Below, piece by piece: positions 1 through 8,766 of a stretch of 13,362 nucleotides of DNA. The stretch spans positions 1-13,362 of the forward strand of contig CAZMIT010000042.1 in the NCBI GenBank assembly GCA_964566495.1, written 5' to 3'. The notes under the pieces were generated by a model. It was not told where the DNA came from. It did no database searches and saw only the letters and a list, made by a program, of their open reading frames with translations. The stretch's first letter is position 1. The number at the start of each line of letters is the position of its first letter. Made by a program: the position numbers and the translations under genes. Origin of the DNA: an uncultured bacterium. GTDB taxonomy: Bacteria; T1Sed10-126.

Positions 1-656
1 AAAATATTTTTTTCTTCCCTGCCGATTAACCCCTGTTCACCGGCATGCGGGTTGAGCCCGAGCAAAGCAATTCTCGGCCGACGGTTAATATAAACATCAA
101 AAAATTCTATTAACTTCCCAACTACTTCCTCAATCAGTTGCACCGAAATTTTTTCGGCGACCTCGCTCAGTGGTATATGACGGGTTAACAAAGCCACCTT
201 CAACTCATCGCCTAAAAAAGTCATTACCGCCTTTTGCCCCCAGTAGTCCTCAAGAAACTCAGTATGACCGGTGAACTGTTCCTGCCCCGACTCCTGTACC
301 GCTGACTTCACCAGCGGCAGTGTGACCAGACCGTCCGCCTCCAGATCGTCTACTAACTCTACCGCCGCCTGCAAACTTCTGTAAGCGGCAGCTCCCGACT
401 CAGCGCCAACCTCCCCTGTAAGTACCCGGGTCTCGTCAACGCTTCCCGCTTCAACCCAATAAACACCCGCCGCTTTGGGAATTGAATTAATTTTCTCAAT
501 TTTTGCACCGATTTGCCGGCGAACCGCCCCGGGACCAACAAAAAATATTCGTTCAGCAGTCTCTCGTTCTTCAACGAGCGGCTCAATCAATTCCGGGCTG
601 CTTCCCGCCGGGTCGCCGCTGGAGATAACCCAGGTGAAATTTTCTCGGCTACTCAA
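1..656 (-). CDS. pdxA: 4-hydroxythreonine-4-phosphate dehydrogenase PdxA family, 3' end runs off the window
   Basis: Not in the ORF track; translated by hand from TTG at 654-656, which overlaps the upstream TGA (TTGA): MSSRENFTWVISSGDPAGSSPEL...LVTLPLVK...FTGHTEFL...LLTRHIPL...LLGLNPHAGEQGLIGREE. GDPAG, GHTEFL, TxHIPL and GLNPHAGE are PdxA hallmarks, and the surA-pdxA order matches E. coli. Confidence 0.93.
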   Translation of the reverse strand, partial: MSSRENFTWVISSGDPAGSSPELIEPLVEERETAERIFFVGPGAVRRQIGAKIEKINSIPKAAGVYWVEAGSVDETRVLTGEVGAESGAAAYRSLQAAVELVDDLEADGLVTLPLVKSAVQESGQEQFTGHTEFLEDYWGQKAVMTFLGDELKVALLTRHIPLSEVAEKISVQLIEEVVGKLIEFFDVYINRRPRIALLGLNPHAGEQGLIGREEKNI

Positions 657-1738
657 CTGTCCTGGCCGTAATTCGACAGGTCAATCCCCAGGTCAGAAGG
701 CACATAAACAGCATATTCTTCGCGTAGTAACTCCAGTAATTTTTCCTGGTAATACTCCAGCCGATAATTTCTCCAGGTCTCCCGCGACCTGATACTTATC
801 TCTTCCCAGGGGGGCACTAAGCGACTACCGGTCTTCTGGATAATTGTGTTATAGCCCCTGAACTCAAACGGCTCACTAATTCCAAAAAGTGGTAGTTTAA
901 ATATTCTGAACTCTAATTCACGCCCCCACTGCCCCCAGTCAAACCAACCCAGGTCTCCCGCCTCCCCCATAAAGCCAAGCTTTTCTGATTTTTCTTCAAA
1001 TACTGCTTCCCACTCTGCCCCTTTCTCCAGCTCAGTATAAACTTTTTCGGCTGTATCATTGCTTTCAAGGAGCATAATCCGCGCCCGGGGACGGGTCGGG
1101 CTCGCCGAGGCCGGCTCCCCCTCTTCTGGCTGTAGCTCCGGGTATTGGCTGAAGAGGACCGCGGATAACTTTTGCTGTCGTTGTAATTCTTCCGCCATTT
1201 GCTCACGAAATTCTTCCTCTGTCAGTCCTTCCCTCTGAAGCTGGCTCTGAAACCCTTCTTCGCCGGCCTGCATCTTGATCTGACCAATCTGTTGGTCTAC
1301 CATCTGCTCCACGTCTTCAGCCGTGATTCGAGCACCAACCTCCTCGGCAGCGACATCAATTAACAACTCGTCAATTAGCCATTTTAGCCTTTCTGGCTCA
1401 ACTTCTGCTGTCCCAAATTCACGCCGATAATCAGCCTTGGTAACCACTTCCCCGCCCACCCGAGCGTATACCCGGTTGAAAGCCTCGTCCGCCTCTACCG
1501 GTTCTTCCAGGGTCGGTTCCCGGGGCTCCAGTTCTTCTTCAAACAGTGGTTCTGGTTCAGTAATTGGTGGGCCCTCTTCAGCCGGTAGTGGCTCCTCACG
1601 GGGGGCGTCCCCCGCCCCCGGCGGCATTCTCTCACCGGGTGGCATTCCACCCGGTTGCTGAAAGGCAACGGCAGAATAATTGCCTACGAGTAGATAAATG
1701 AGACAACTTATCACAATAATAAAACGTTTCGACAGCAT
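653..1738 (-). CDS. SurA/PrsA-like periplasmic chaperone (signal peptide, Pro/Glu-rich linker, SurA N-domain, degenerate parvulin/PpiC domain)
   Basis: N-terminal hydrophobic signal ending AVA; NRVYARVGGEVVT resembles the SurA N-domain start; GDLGWF...FKLPLFGISEP resembles parvulin; directly upstream of pdxA. Start is ATG 1738 or TTG 1747. Confidence 0.75.
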   Translation of the reverse strand: MLSKRFIIVISCLIYLLVGNYSAVAFQQPGGMPPGERMPPGAGDAPREEPLPAEEGPPITEPEPLFEEELEPREPTLEEPVEADEAFNRVYARVGGEVVTKADYRREFGTAEVEPERLKWLIDELLIDVAAEEVGARITAEDVEQMVDQQIGQIKMQAGEEGFQSQLQREGLTEEEFREQMAEELQRQQKLSAVLFSQYPELQPEEGEPASASPTRPRARIMLLESNDTAEKVYTELEKGAEWEAVFEEKSEKLGFMGEAGDLGWFDWGQWGRELEFRIFKLPLFGISEPFEFRGYNTIIQKTGSRLVPPWEEISIRSRETWRNYRLEYYQEKLLELLREEYAVYVPSDLGIDLSNYGQDS

Positions 1739-1772
1739 TGATATCAAACTCTCAGCTCAGCAAAATTTCATA

Positions 1773-2528
1773 CTATTCAACTCTGTGCATTCGTTCTTTC
1801 ATTGTTTTTTCAAGCTGGTTGATCTGCTCCCAGTCGAGAGATTTTCTCGATTTATGCTCTTTGATGTAGTGAGCCACTTCCCCGAGAGCAAACACTTCAT
1901 CCAAATCAAATACATTTCCCTCAACCTGGTGCTTCATTGTAACTATCAGATTCTGAAACTCAATCTTGCCAACCGTTATACCACGCTCGCCAAGAAACTC
2001 TTTCAGCCGTTTGGTTTTCTCACGCTGTTTCTTTAGTGGATTAGGTATTGTTTCAATTTTGTCTGAATTCCTGGGAATATGTTCCCACTTCTCGTCCGCC
2101 TCCTCGCCTGTATAACGACCGGATTCCGTCAGCTTGCCAATCGAAAATACACCACCGTATCCCACGACCAGCAGGTCAATTGAGTCCCCGGAGACAAGCG
2201 GATACTCAGTCGCAATAAAATGGTCCGCGTCAAGCTCGCTTCTTAACCGGAAAATCAGGCGATCTTTCGGGTAGGCGCTTTGTTTCTCTTCCTGGGGAAA
2301 GTCAGATATCCAGAGTCGCAAAATCCCGGCCGCAATTAACAGGCTGCCAAAGACGGCGAGATTATAAGAACCAGTTGCCCGAAGTGCAAAACCGCCCGCC
2401 GCCAGCAGCCCTCCACCGACAATAATTTCCAGCCGGATAAAGGTCGACAGCAATTCCACATCAAACGGCGGCAGTTCCGGTTTCCCCGGCCCGTAAACTT
2501 TCGGGCTTAGCTCCGCGGGGGCCTGCAT
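1773..2528 (-). CDS. Membrane-anchored NERD-like (nuclease-related domain) protein
   Basis: Two N-terminal hydrophobic segments, then IDLLVVGYGGVFSI...G.Y.G...W...NPLKK, matching the NERD pattern IDhlvi..gifvIEvK..G....W...NP..Q. Tightly packed 8 bp after the clpC stop. Confidence 0.65.
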   Translation of the reverse strand: MQAPAELSPKVYGPGKPELPPFDVELLSTFIRLEIIVGGGLLAAGGFALRATGSYNLAVFGSLLIAAGILRLWISDFPQEEKQSAYPKDRLIFRLRSELDADHFIATEYPLVSGDSIDLLVVGYGGVFSIGKLTESGRYTGEEADEKWEHIPRNSDKIETIPNPLKKQREKTKRLKEFLGERGITVGKIEFQNLIVTMKHQVEGNVFDLDEVFALGEVAHYIKEHKSRKSLDWEQINQLEKTMKERMHRVE

Positions 2529-2536
2529 TGATGGCC

Positions 2537-5071
2537 TCAGCTACTACGAGTCTCTACTGGTTCTTCAAGGTCTTCGTCAGCTTCCTGTGACTCCTCAGAC
2601 TCAATTTTTTCAAAAATTAACCCGTCATCCCCGTGGTCCACTTCTACACGGCTGCCCGAGTCAAACCTCCCCCGCAGAATTGCCTCGGCAAGTGAATCTT
2701 CTATTTTCCGTTCGATTGCCCGCCTCAGCGGCCGCGCTCCGTAGTCGGGATCGTAACCTTTGTCAATCAGGTAAGAACACGCAGAATCTGTCACTTCCAG
2801 TTCTAACCCCTGCTCTCTTTCCAGTCGTTCTGTCACTTCATCCAGCATAAGGTGGACTATCCCTTCAAGGTCCTCACGGGTAAGCGAACGGAAGACGATA
2901 GTCTCGTCAAGCCGGTTGATAAATTCGGGGTTGAACTGTCGTTTCAACTCCGTCATCGCCCGGTCTTTAATCTCCGAATATTCCATCGCTTGCTCCTCAT
3001 CTGAGCGAAAACCCAGTGATCCAGCGTCCGTAATCTCTCGCGCTCCAACGTTGGAAGTCATTATAATGATCGTGTTCCGAAAGTCCACGTTATGACCTAT
3101 ATGATCGCTGAGCACTCCGTCCTCAAAAATTTGCAGAAGAATGTTGTAGACCTCGCGGTGCGCCTTCTCTATCTCGTCGAGAAGTACCACCGAGTATGGT
3201 TCCCGACGCACCTGTTCAGTCAACTGACCGCCCTCGTCGTAGCCCACATAGCCCGGCGGCGCTCCAACCAGTCGCGAGACGGAGTGTTTCTCCATAAATT
3301 CACTCATATCAACCCTGATCATGTGCTGCTCGTCGCCAAACAGTATCTCCGCCAGAGCACGCGCACACTCAGTCTTCCCCACCCCGGTTGGCCCCAGGAA
3401 CATGAAGCTCCCCATGGGACGGCTCGGGTCTTTCAGACCTGTGCGAGCGCGTCTAATTGCCCGGCTCACTGCCTCCACTGCCTCTTCCTGGTTGATCAAT
3501 CTCTTATGAATGTCTTCCTCCAATCGCAAAAGCTTCTCCTGCTCCTTCTCCGTCAACTTGAACACCGGTATCCCCGACATGTCACTGACCAGCTCCGCTA
3601 CTTCTTCCTCGCCAATTTCCGGGGTGTCGGTGTCCTGCTCTTTCCAGCGTGATTTTACCTCGTCCAGCTCTCCTTTAAGCTCACGCTCCTGGTCCCGCAG
3701 AGAAGCTGCTTTCTCAAACTCCTGGGAGGCTACCGCCTCGCTCTTTTCATTTCTTATCTCTTCCAGTTCCTGCTCCAGCTCCCTGATTTCCTTCGGCGGC
3801 ATCGAAGAGCGCAGCTTGGAACGACTGCCCGCCTCGTCAATTACGTCTATCGCGATGTCCGGAAGATAGCTGTCCGACAGATAACGGTGCGACAGTCGCA
3901 CCGCCGCCTCCAGCGCCTCGTCGGTGTATTTAACATGGTGATGTGTCTCGTAATTTGGCCGCAGACCGTCGAGGATATTTATTGCTTCCTTCTGGTTCGG
4001 CTCGTCGACGTTAATTATCTGAAAACGTCGCTCCAGCGCTGAATCCTTTTCTATGTGCTTCCGGTATTCATCTAACGTCGTCGCTCCAATACACTGTATC
4101 TCTCCGCGAGCCAGCGCCGGCTTGAGAATATTTGCCGCGTCAATCGCTCCTTCTGCGCTGCCGGCTCCTACCAGCGAGTGCAACTCATCAATGAACAGGA
4201 TTATCTCGTCGGAATCTTGAATCTCCTCGATCAACTTCTTCATCCGCTGTTCAAATTCACCACGGTATTTTGTACCGGCCACTACTGACGCCAGGTCCAG
4301 GGCCAGCACACGCTTGTTATAAAGCGCCTGTGGCACGTCAACGTTCACAATCTGTTTCGCCAGTCCCTCGACGATGGCTGTTTTGCCTGTCCCCGGCTCA
4401 CCAATCAACACCGGGTTGTTCTTTTTTCGCCGGGCCAGTATCTGCGTTACACGCTCTATTTCTTTATTACGACCAATTACGGGGTCCAGCTCCTCTTTCC
4501 GGGCCAGCTCGGTAAGATCGCGACAGAACGTGTCCAGGGTTGGCGTCTTGGACTTGCTCCCCCTCGACTTCTTCCTCCCTTTCTTTTTCCCTTTCTGCTG
4601 TGAGGGCACAACAAAACCGTATTCCAGCCCGTATTCCTCCCCCAGGATCTCCATCAAGAGTTTCTTTACCTCGTCGGCTGAAACACCATACTCGTCAAAA
4701 ATATCAACTACCAGTCCTTCTCCTTCGTCTGCCAGACCAATCAGAAGGTGCTCGGTGCCGACGTAATTATGTCCTAACTCCCGCGCATTCTTTTCCGCCA
4801 GGGAAAGAATACGTTTGAGTCGCTGCGAGAAATCAGGCTGCATCTTGCCGGCCGTCCCCCCCCCGTGTTCCATTCGCTTATTAAGCTCCTCCAACAGGTC
4901 TTCCGGGTCAATCCCCAGCTCCTGGAGAATATCGATGGCGATCCCGCTGCCCAGCTCAAGCAGGGCCATGAAAAGATGCTCCGACTCAACCTCGCCATAC
5001 CCGGTCCGCCGGGCTATTCGCTTTGACTTCCTCAACGCCTTGCGCGCTCTATCTGTAAAATTCTCAAACAT
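2537..5071 (-). CDS. clpC: ATP-dependent Clp protease ATP-binding subunit ClpC
   Basis: Double Clp-N repeat ([15 protein letters not shown]), Walker A GEPGTGKT and GPTGVGKT, Walker B LFIDE and [12 protein letters not shown] middle domain [11 protein letters not shown], ClpP-docking LGF loop, [10 protein letters not shown] 5071 preferred because GAGGTG lies 8 nt upstream. Confidence 0.97.
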   Translation of the reverse strand: MFENFTDRARKALRKSKRIARRTGYGEVESEHLFMALLELGSGIAIDILQELGIDPEDLLEELNKRMEHGGGTAGKMQPDFSQRLKRILSLAEKNARELGHNYVGTEHLLIGLADEGEGLVVDIFDEYGVSADEVKKLLMEILGEEYGLEYGFVVPSQQKGKKKGRKKSRGSKSKTPTLDTFCRDLTELARKEELDPVIGRNKEIERVTQILARRKKNNPVLIGEPGTGKTAIVEGLAKQIVNVDVPQALYNKRVLALDLASVVAGTKYRGEFEQRMKKLIEEIQDSDEIILFIDELHSLVGAGSAEGAIDAANILKPALARGEIQCIGATTLDEYRKHIEKDSALERRFQIINVDEPNQKEAINILDGLRPNYETHHHVKYTDEALEAAVRLSHRYLSDSYLPDIAIDVIDEAGSRSKLRSSMPPKEIRELEQELEEIRNEKSEAVASQEFEKAASLRDQERELKGELDEVKSRWKEQDTDTPEIGEEEVAELVSDMSGIPVFKLTEKEQEKLLRLEEDIHKRLINQEEAVEAVSRAIRRARTGLKDPSRPMGSFMFLGPTGVGKTECARALAEILFGDEQHMIRVDMSEFMEKHSVSRLVGAPPGYVGYDEGGQLTEQVRREPYSVVLLDEIEKAHREVYNILLQIFEDGVLSDHIGHNVDFRNTIIIMTSNVGAREITDAGSLGFRSDEEQAMEYSEIKDRAMTELKRQFNPEFINRLDETIVFRSLTREDLEGIVHLMLDEVTERLEREQGLELEVTDSACSYLIDKGYDPDYGARPLRRAIERKIEDSLAEAILRGRFDSGSRVEVDHGDDGLIFEKIESEESQEADEDLEEPVETRSS

Positions 5072-5122
5072 TTCAATCACACCTCTTTGCCTGTACTAAT
5101 TTTTTTAGTTTGAAACTTACTA

Positions 5123-5152
5123 ATTATACCATTCTAGGTCCTAAAATGTAAT
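5123..5152 (-). promoter_or_regulatory. Putative sigma70-type internal promoter for clpC (extended -10 TGGTATAAT)
   Basis: Minus strand reads ATTACA-N18-TATAAT with TG at the extended -10 position, in an AT-rich gap between mcsB and clpC. Confidence 0.6.
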
Positions 5153-5169
5153 CGTTTGAAAGAAATCAC

Positions 5170-6234
5170 TTAAGGTGGGGCCTCGGAAAACTCCCCCTCC
5201 ACCTTTTCTGCACGATAAAAATCTCGCTGTTCTTCCGACAGCTCCTCACCCACACTGCACTGCAGGTGAGCCGGCTGTAAAAGCTGCAGCAGCCCGTCCA
5301 GGCGCTTTAAGTCGACATGGGGCACAAGCCCCCTGTCAACTCCAAGGCGGCACAGGGAAAGCAACTGCAGCGCCTCCCGGGTTTTTATCTTCCGGGCATG
5401 TTTTAAAATACCGTAGGAGCGGCCAATACGATCCTCCAGCTCTACTCCGCTTGAATTTAACAGCTCCTCGCGCGCCTTACGCTCCTGGGTTATAACCTGG
5501 TCTACCACTCGCTCAAGACTGGCCTTGAAATTTTCGGCCGACTGGCCCAGGGTTACCTGGTTGGAAAGCTGAAAATAAAATCCCTTGGTTTCGCTCCCCT
5601 CACCATAAAATCCGCGCACAGTCAGGCCCAGGTTCGAAATTGCCTTGAGAATTTTATTTATTTTCTGCTGTAGAACTAATCCCGGCAGATGCAGCAGAAC
5701 CGAGGCCCTGAACCCTGTCCCCAGGTTGGTCGGACAGGCCGACAGATAGCCCCACTGCGAGTCATAAGCAAACTTCACCTGCTCATTCAGAGACCTCTCC
5801 AACGAAGTAACCGCCTCGTAAGTGCTATCAAGATCAAATCCGGGAGCTATCGCCTGCAAACGCAGGTGGTCCTCCTCGTTCACCATTACTGCCTTATCTT
5901 CAGCCTCGCTAAAGACAACCCCCGACTGGCGCTCAGAAATGAGCTCGTCACTGGCCAGCCGCCGCTCCGCCAGTAGCTCCCTCTCCAGCTCAGCCAATTC
6001 TCCCAGGGCTAAAAAATTCCAGTCAGAAGTGAACTCCATCTCCTCTAACACGCCAAACGTCTCCCCACGCAGCTTTTCCTTCTTCTCCACCGGGTTCTTG
6101 TCGTAAAAGGGATAATTGCTCAGATTACGGGCAAAACGTGCACGGCTGCTTATCACGACGTCATACTCCGGCCCCGCTTCGCTTAACCACTTGCTGGGCC
6201 GCTGAACATTAACCGGTAGCACCAATTTTCTCAC
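5170..6234 (-). CDS. mcsB: Protein arginine kinase McsB
   Basis: SSRARFARNL, NEEDHLRLQ, CPTNLGTG, VRGFYGEGS and FQLSNQVTLG motifs; lies between mcsA and clpC. The true start may be TTG at 6225 (GGAGG 9 nt upstream). Confidence 0.96.
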   Translation of the reverse strand: MRKLVLPVNVQRPSKWLSEAGPEYDVVISSRARFARNLSNYPFYDKNPVEKKEKLRGETFGVLEEMEFTSDWNFLALGELAELERELLAERRLASDELISERQSGVVFSEAEDKAVMVNEEDHLRLQAIAPGFDLDSTYEAVTSLERSLNEQVKFAYDSQWGYLSACPTNLGTGFRASVLLHLPGLVLQQKINKILKAISNLGLTVRGFYGEGSETKGFYFQLSNQVTLGQSAENFKASLERVVDQVITQERKAREELLNSSGVELEDRIGRSYGILKHARKIKTREALQLLSLCRLGVDRGLVPHVDLKRLDGLLQLLQPAHLQCSVGEELSEEQRDFYRAEKVEGEFSEAPP

Positions 6235-6706
6235 CCTCCTCCAGTTCTGCTATCCGATCCCGGATTTCTGCCGCTTCCTCGTAGTTTTCCTCCTGCACAC
6301 AACGCTCAAGTTCTTTCTCCAGGAACCGTATTTTCTTCTCCTCCGGCATCGTTCCTAACTTGCCCTTCTCTGTCTCACGTCCTACGTGACGATCGGTTCC
6401 GTGAATACGCTTAATCAACTTATTTAACTCGTCTCGAAAGGCTTCATAACACATCGCGCACCCCACTCTGCCACTTTTCCTTAACTCCTTCAGCTGGCTG
6501 CCGCACCGGGGACAGGTGGCCTCAGACTCTTCCTGCCCCTCCTGCAGCTCATTAAACGCTTTCTCTGTCGGACTGCTCTCCTCATCCGCCGACTCCCCGG
6601 CACTGCCGGCACAAGAGTCGCAGAGGTGCTTATGAATAACCTCATTCTCCTGGATAATTACGTGATGGAAGGTTGCTTCCGCTTCTCCACAGTTTTCACA
6701 AATCAT
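6209..6706 (-). CDS. mcsA: McsA, activator of the protein arginine kinase (CxxC zinc fingers plus UVR domain)
   Basis: Four CxxC motifs (CENC, CDSC, CPRC, CAMC), IHG...HVG, C-terminal EENYEEAAEIRDRI. ATG 6706 is preceded by GGGGTG; the track's 6769 start looks over-extended. Confidence 0.95.
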   Translation of the reverse strand: MICENCGEAEATFHHVIIQENEVIHKHLCDSCAGSAGESADEESSPTEKAFNELQEGQEESEATCPRCGSQLKELRKSGRVGCAMCYEAFRDELNKLIKRIHGTDRHVGRETEKGKLGTMPEEKKIRFLEKELERCVQEENYEEAAEIRDRIAELEEGEKIGATG

Positions 6707-6823
6707 TTGATTCACCCCGATAATTAATTGTATTCTGGCAGTTACAAATCTTAATATGCCTTCCCCCACTAATTTGTTTACAAATAAAAGAGATGCTTAT
6801 TACAGGTTTTTAAGCCTCTAACC

Positions 6824-6889
6824 CCGCCCATTTGACGAATGGACGGCCCTTTGGGCGGCCTATGCATAGGGTTCATGCATAGCCCGTAC
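6824..6889. repeat. Cluster of palindromes/hairpins, REP-like
   Basis: CCGCCCATT-TGACG-AATGGACGG (6824-6846), GCCC-TTT-GGGC, perfect palindrome CCTATGCATAGG (6859-6870), CTATGCAT...ATGCATAG (6860-6882), ending GCCCGTAC. Confidence 0.55.
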
Positions 6890-6989
6890 TAATACTATTC
6901 TTGATACCTGTAAACGAGAAGACATTGCACATCTCTGCTACAAGAATCTTAATAAAACACGCCGTAACTGTTTAGCGTCCCCATTAATC

Positions 6990-7023
6990 CCCTCTCCCCC
7001 AGTGGGGGAGAGGGTTAGGCTGA
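6990..7023. repeat. BoxC-like GC-rich hairpin repeat
   Basis: Perfect 11-bp stem CCCTCTCCCCC-AGT-GGGGGAGAGGG (6990-7014) followed by TTAGGCTGA, close to the CCCTCTCCC..GGGAGAGGGTTAGGGTGAGG repeat family as I recall it. Confidence 0.6.
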
Positions 7024-7174
7024 TAAGATGCCTCCTTCATTTTTGACACATCGGTAACCATAACCCTGGGAGAGCACGCCTAATACATAACAAACGGAAG
7101 TTATCTATTTATTCCATTCCACTATTTCATCCCTGATTTTCCAGGTCCCCGACCGTTATTTCAACAAGCTCCGG

Positions 7175-8053
7175 CTAAATTTTTGCTCCATGTTCAACGA
7201 CTGAATCCCGGAAATCGCTGATCAATTGCTTCGTCTCCGGTCCCGGCTCACAACCGTTAATTTCCCGACCGTCAATCTCAATAACAGGCAGCGCCTCGGC
7301 CGCCGTGCCGGTTAGAAAACACTCGTTGGCCACATACAAATCGTAACGGTTGAGCGGCTCCTCAATTACCTCGTACCCGCGCCCCTCGGCCAGTTCAATC
7401 AGCGTTGCCCTGGTTATTCCTTCCAGCGCTCCCATGTAGGGCGGCGGGGTACGAACCACCTTGTCGTCCTCAATAATAAAAATATTATCACCCGTACACT
7501 CGACAACGTAGCCCTGCTGATTCAGCATTATACCTTCTTTGGCTCCCGCCTCGTGCGCTTCCATTTTAGCCATTATGTTGTTTAAATAGTTGAGCGACTT
7601 CACACGCGGGTTTATCGCCTCGTTAAGGTTTCGCCGCGTCGGCACGGTGACTAACTTCAACCCCTGCTCATAGGCTTCTTCGGGGTAAAGTTCTATGTCG
7701 GCCGCAATTATAAAAATAGTTGGCTCGTCACATTTTTCCGGATCAAGCCCCAGGTCTCCTCGCCCCCTGGTTACCACTAACCGAACATAGCCGTCCTCTA
7801 CGCCGTTCTCCCGACAGGACTCCAGCACCGCCTCCGTCATTTCCTCGGGACTGATTGGAATCTCCAGTTTCAATATCTTGGCCGACCGATAAAGCCTCTC
7901 GATGTGTTCCTTTAACTTAAAAACCGTCCCCTCGTAGGCTCTGATCCCCTCAAAAACTCCGTCCCCGTAGAGCAATCCGTGGTCAAAAATACTGACAGCA
8001 GCCTCCTCTTCGGGCACGAACTCACCATCCAGCCAGATTGATAAAGAATCCAT
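7175..8053 (-). CDS. ilvE: Branched-chain amino acid aminotransferase (PLP fold type IV)
   Basis: DHGLLYGDGVFEGIRAY, HIERL, PLP lysine in VKSLNYLNN, ECTGDNIF, LEGITR, ECFLTGTAAE. Confidence 0.95.
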   Translation of the reverse strand: MDSLSIWLDGEFVPEEEAAVSIFDHGLLYGDGVFEGIRAYEGTVFKLKEHIERLYRSAKILKLEIPISPEEMTEAVLESCRENGVEDGYVRLVVTRGRGDLGLDPEKCDEPTIFIIAADIELYPEEAYEQGLKLVTVPTRRNLNEAINPRVKSLNYLNNIMAKMEAHEAGAKEGIMLNQQGYVVECTGDNIFIIEDDKVVRTPPPYMGALEGITRATLIELAEGRGYEVIEEPLNRYDLYVANECFLTGTAAEALPVIEIDGREINGCEPGPETKQLISDFRDSVVEHGAKI

Positions 8054-8055
8054 AA

Positions 8056-8766
8056 CTAAGTTTCACTCCTTTCACGGTTTTGTTCCTCAAGCCTCTTTAG
8101 TTTTTTATCCTCAATTAAATACCGATCCCCTATAGATTGTGCCATTAATGGGTCGTGTGTGGCAACAATTATCCCGGTCGACTCTTCGTTGACCAGCGGT
8201 AAAAAAAGATCCAGCAGCAATTCACTCGAGTCAATGTCCAAATTTCCCGTCGGCTCGTCGGCAATAATTATTCGCGGTTCATGCATCAACGCTCTGACCA
8301 CAGCAACCCGTTGACGCTCTCCCGTCGATAGCTGTGCCGGCCGCGCTGCCGACCGATCTGGATCAAGCCGCAGCGCTTCCATCAGCAACACAAACCTCTC
8401 CCAGATACGGCTGCTCCCCCAGTCCCGCCCGGAAAGCACCACCGCCAGCCGGCAGTTCTCATAGATAGTCAGATCAGGCAGAAGCAGCGACTCCTGAAAG
8501 ACAAAACCTAGCCAGCGCCCCCGGAGCTGGGCCAGGCGACTCTGATTGCCGTTATATATCTCCTCCCCCATCAGTTTCACCTGCCCCGCGCTTGGGGAAC
8601 GCATCGTCCCCAAAATTTCCAGCAGGGTGGTCTTCCCGACGCCGGACGGTCCTTCCACAACTATCGCTTCCTCCTCGTGCAAACACAAATTTATCCCCTG
8701 GAGTATCGGTTTTCCCGTTTCATAGCTGTGATCGAGGTCCTGAGCTTCCAGTATTATTTCAGCCAT
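8056..8766 (-). CDS. lolD: Lipoprotein-releasing ABC transporter ATP-binding protein, LolD-like
   Basis: Walker A GPSGVGKT, LGFVFQ, signature LSTGERQRVA, ADEPTGNLD, ATHD. ATG 8766 overlaps the permease stop (ATGGCTGA). Confidence 0.85.
   Translation of the reverse strand: MAEIILEAQDLDHSYETGKPILQGINLCLHEEEAIVVEGPSGVGKTTLLEILGTMRSPSAGQVKLMGEEIYNGNQSRLAQLRGRWLGFVFQESLLLPDLTIYENCRLAVVLSGRDWGSSRIWERFVLLMEALRLDPDRSAARPAQLSTGERQRVAVVRALMHEPRIIIADEPTGNLDIDSSELLLDLFLPLVNEESTGIIVATHDPLMAQSIGDRYLIEDKKLKRLEEQNRERSET

Noticed and set aside
5108..5161. TTTCAAA repeats as a CtsR box
   Set aside because: CtsR needs tandem GGTCAAA heptads a few nt apart; these differ in sequence and start 46 nt apart.
7076..7093. 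Resemblance to 16S rRNA (GCCTAATACAT)
   Set aside because: Only about 11 nt match, with no flanking rRNA similarity; chance.
8310..8335. LolD signature LSTGE instead of LSGGE as an inactivating change
   Set aside because: The third signature position varies in active ABC ATPases, and the Walker A/B, D-loop and H-loop are intact.
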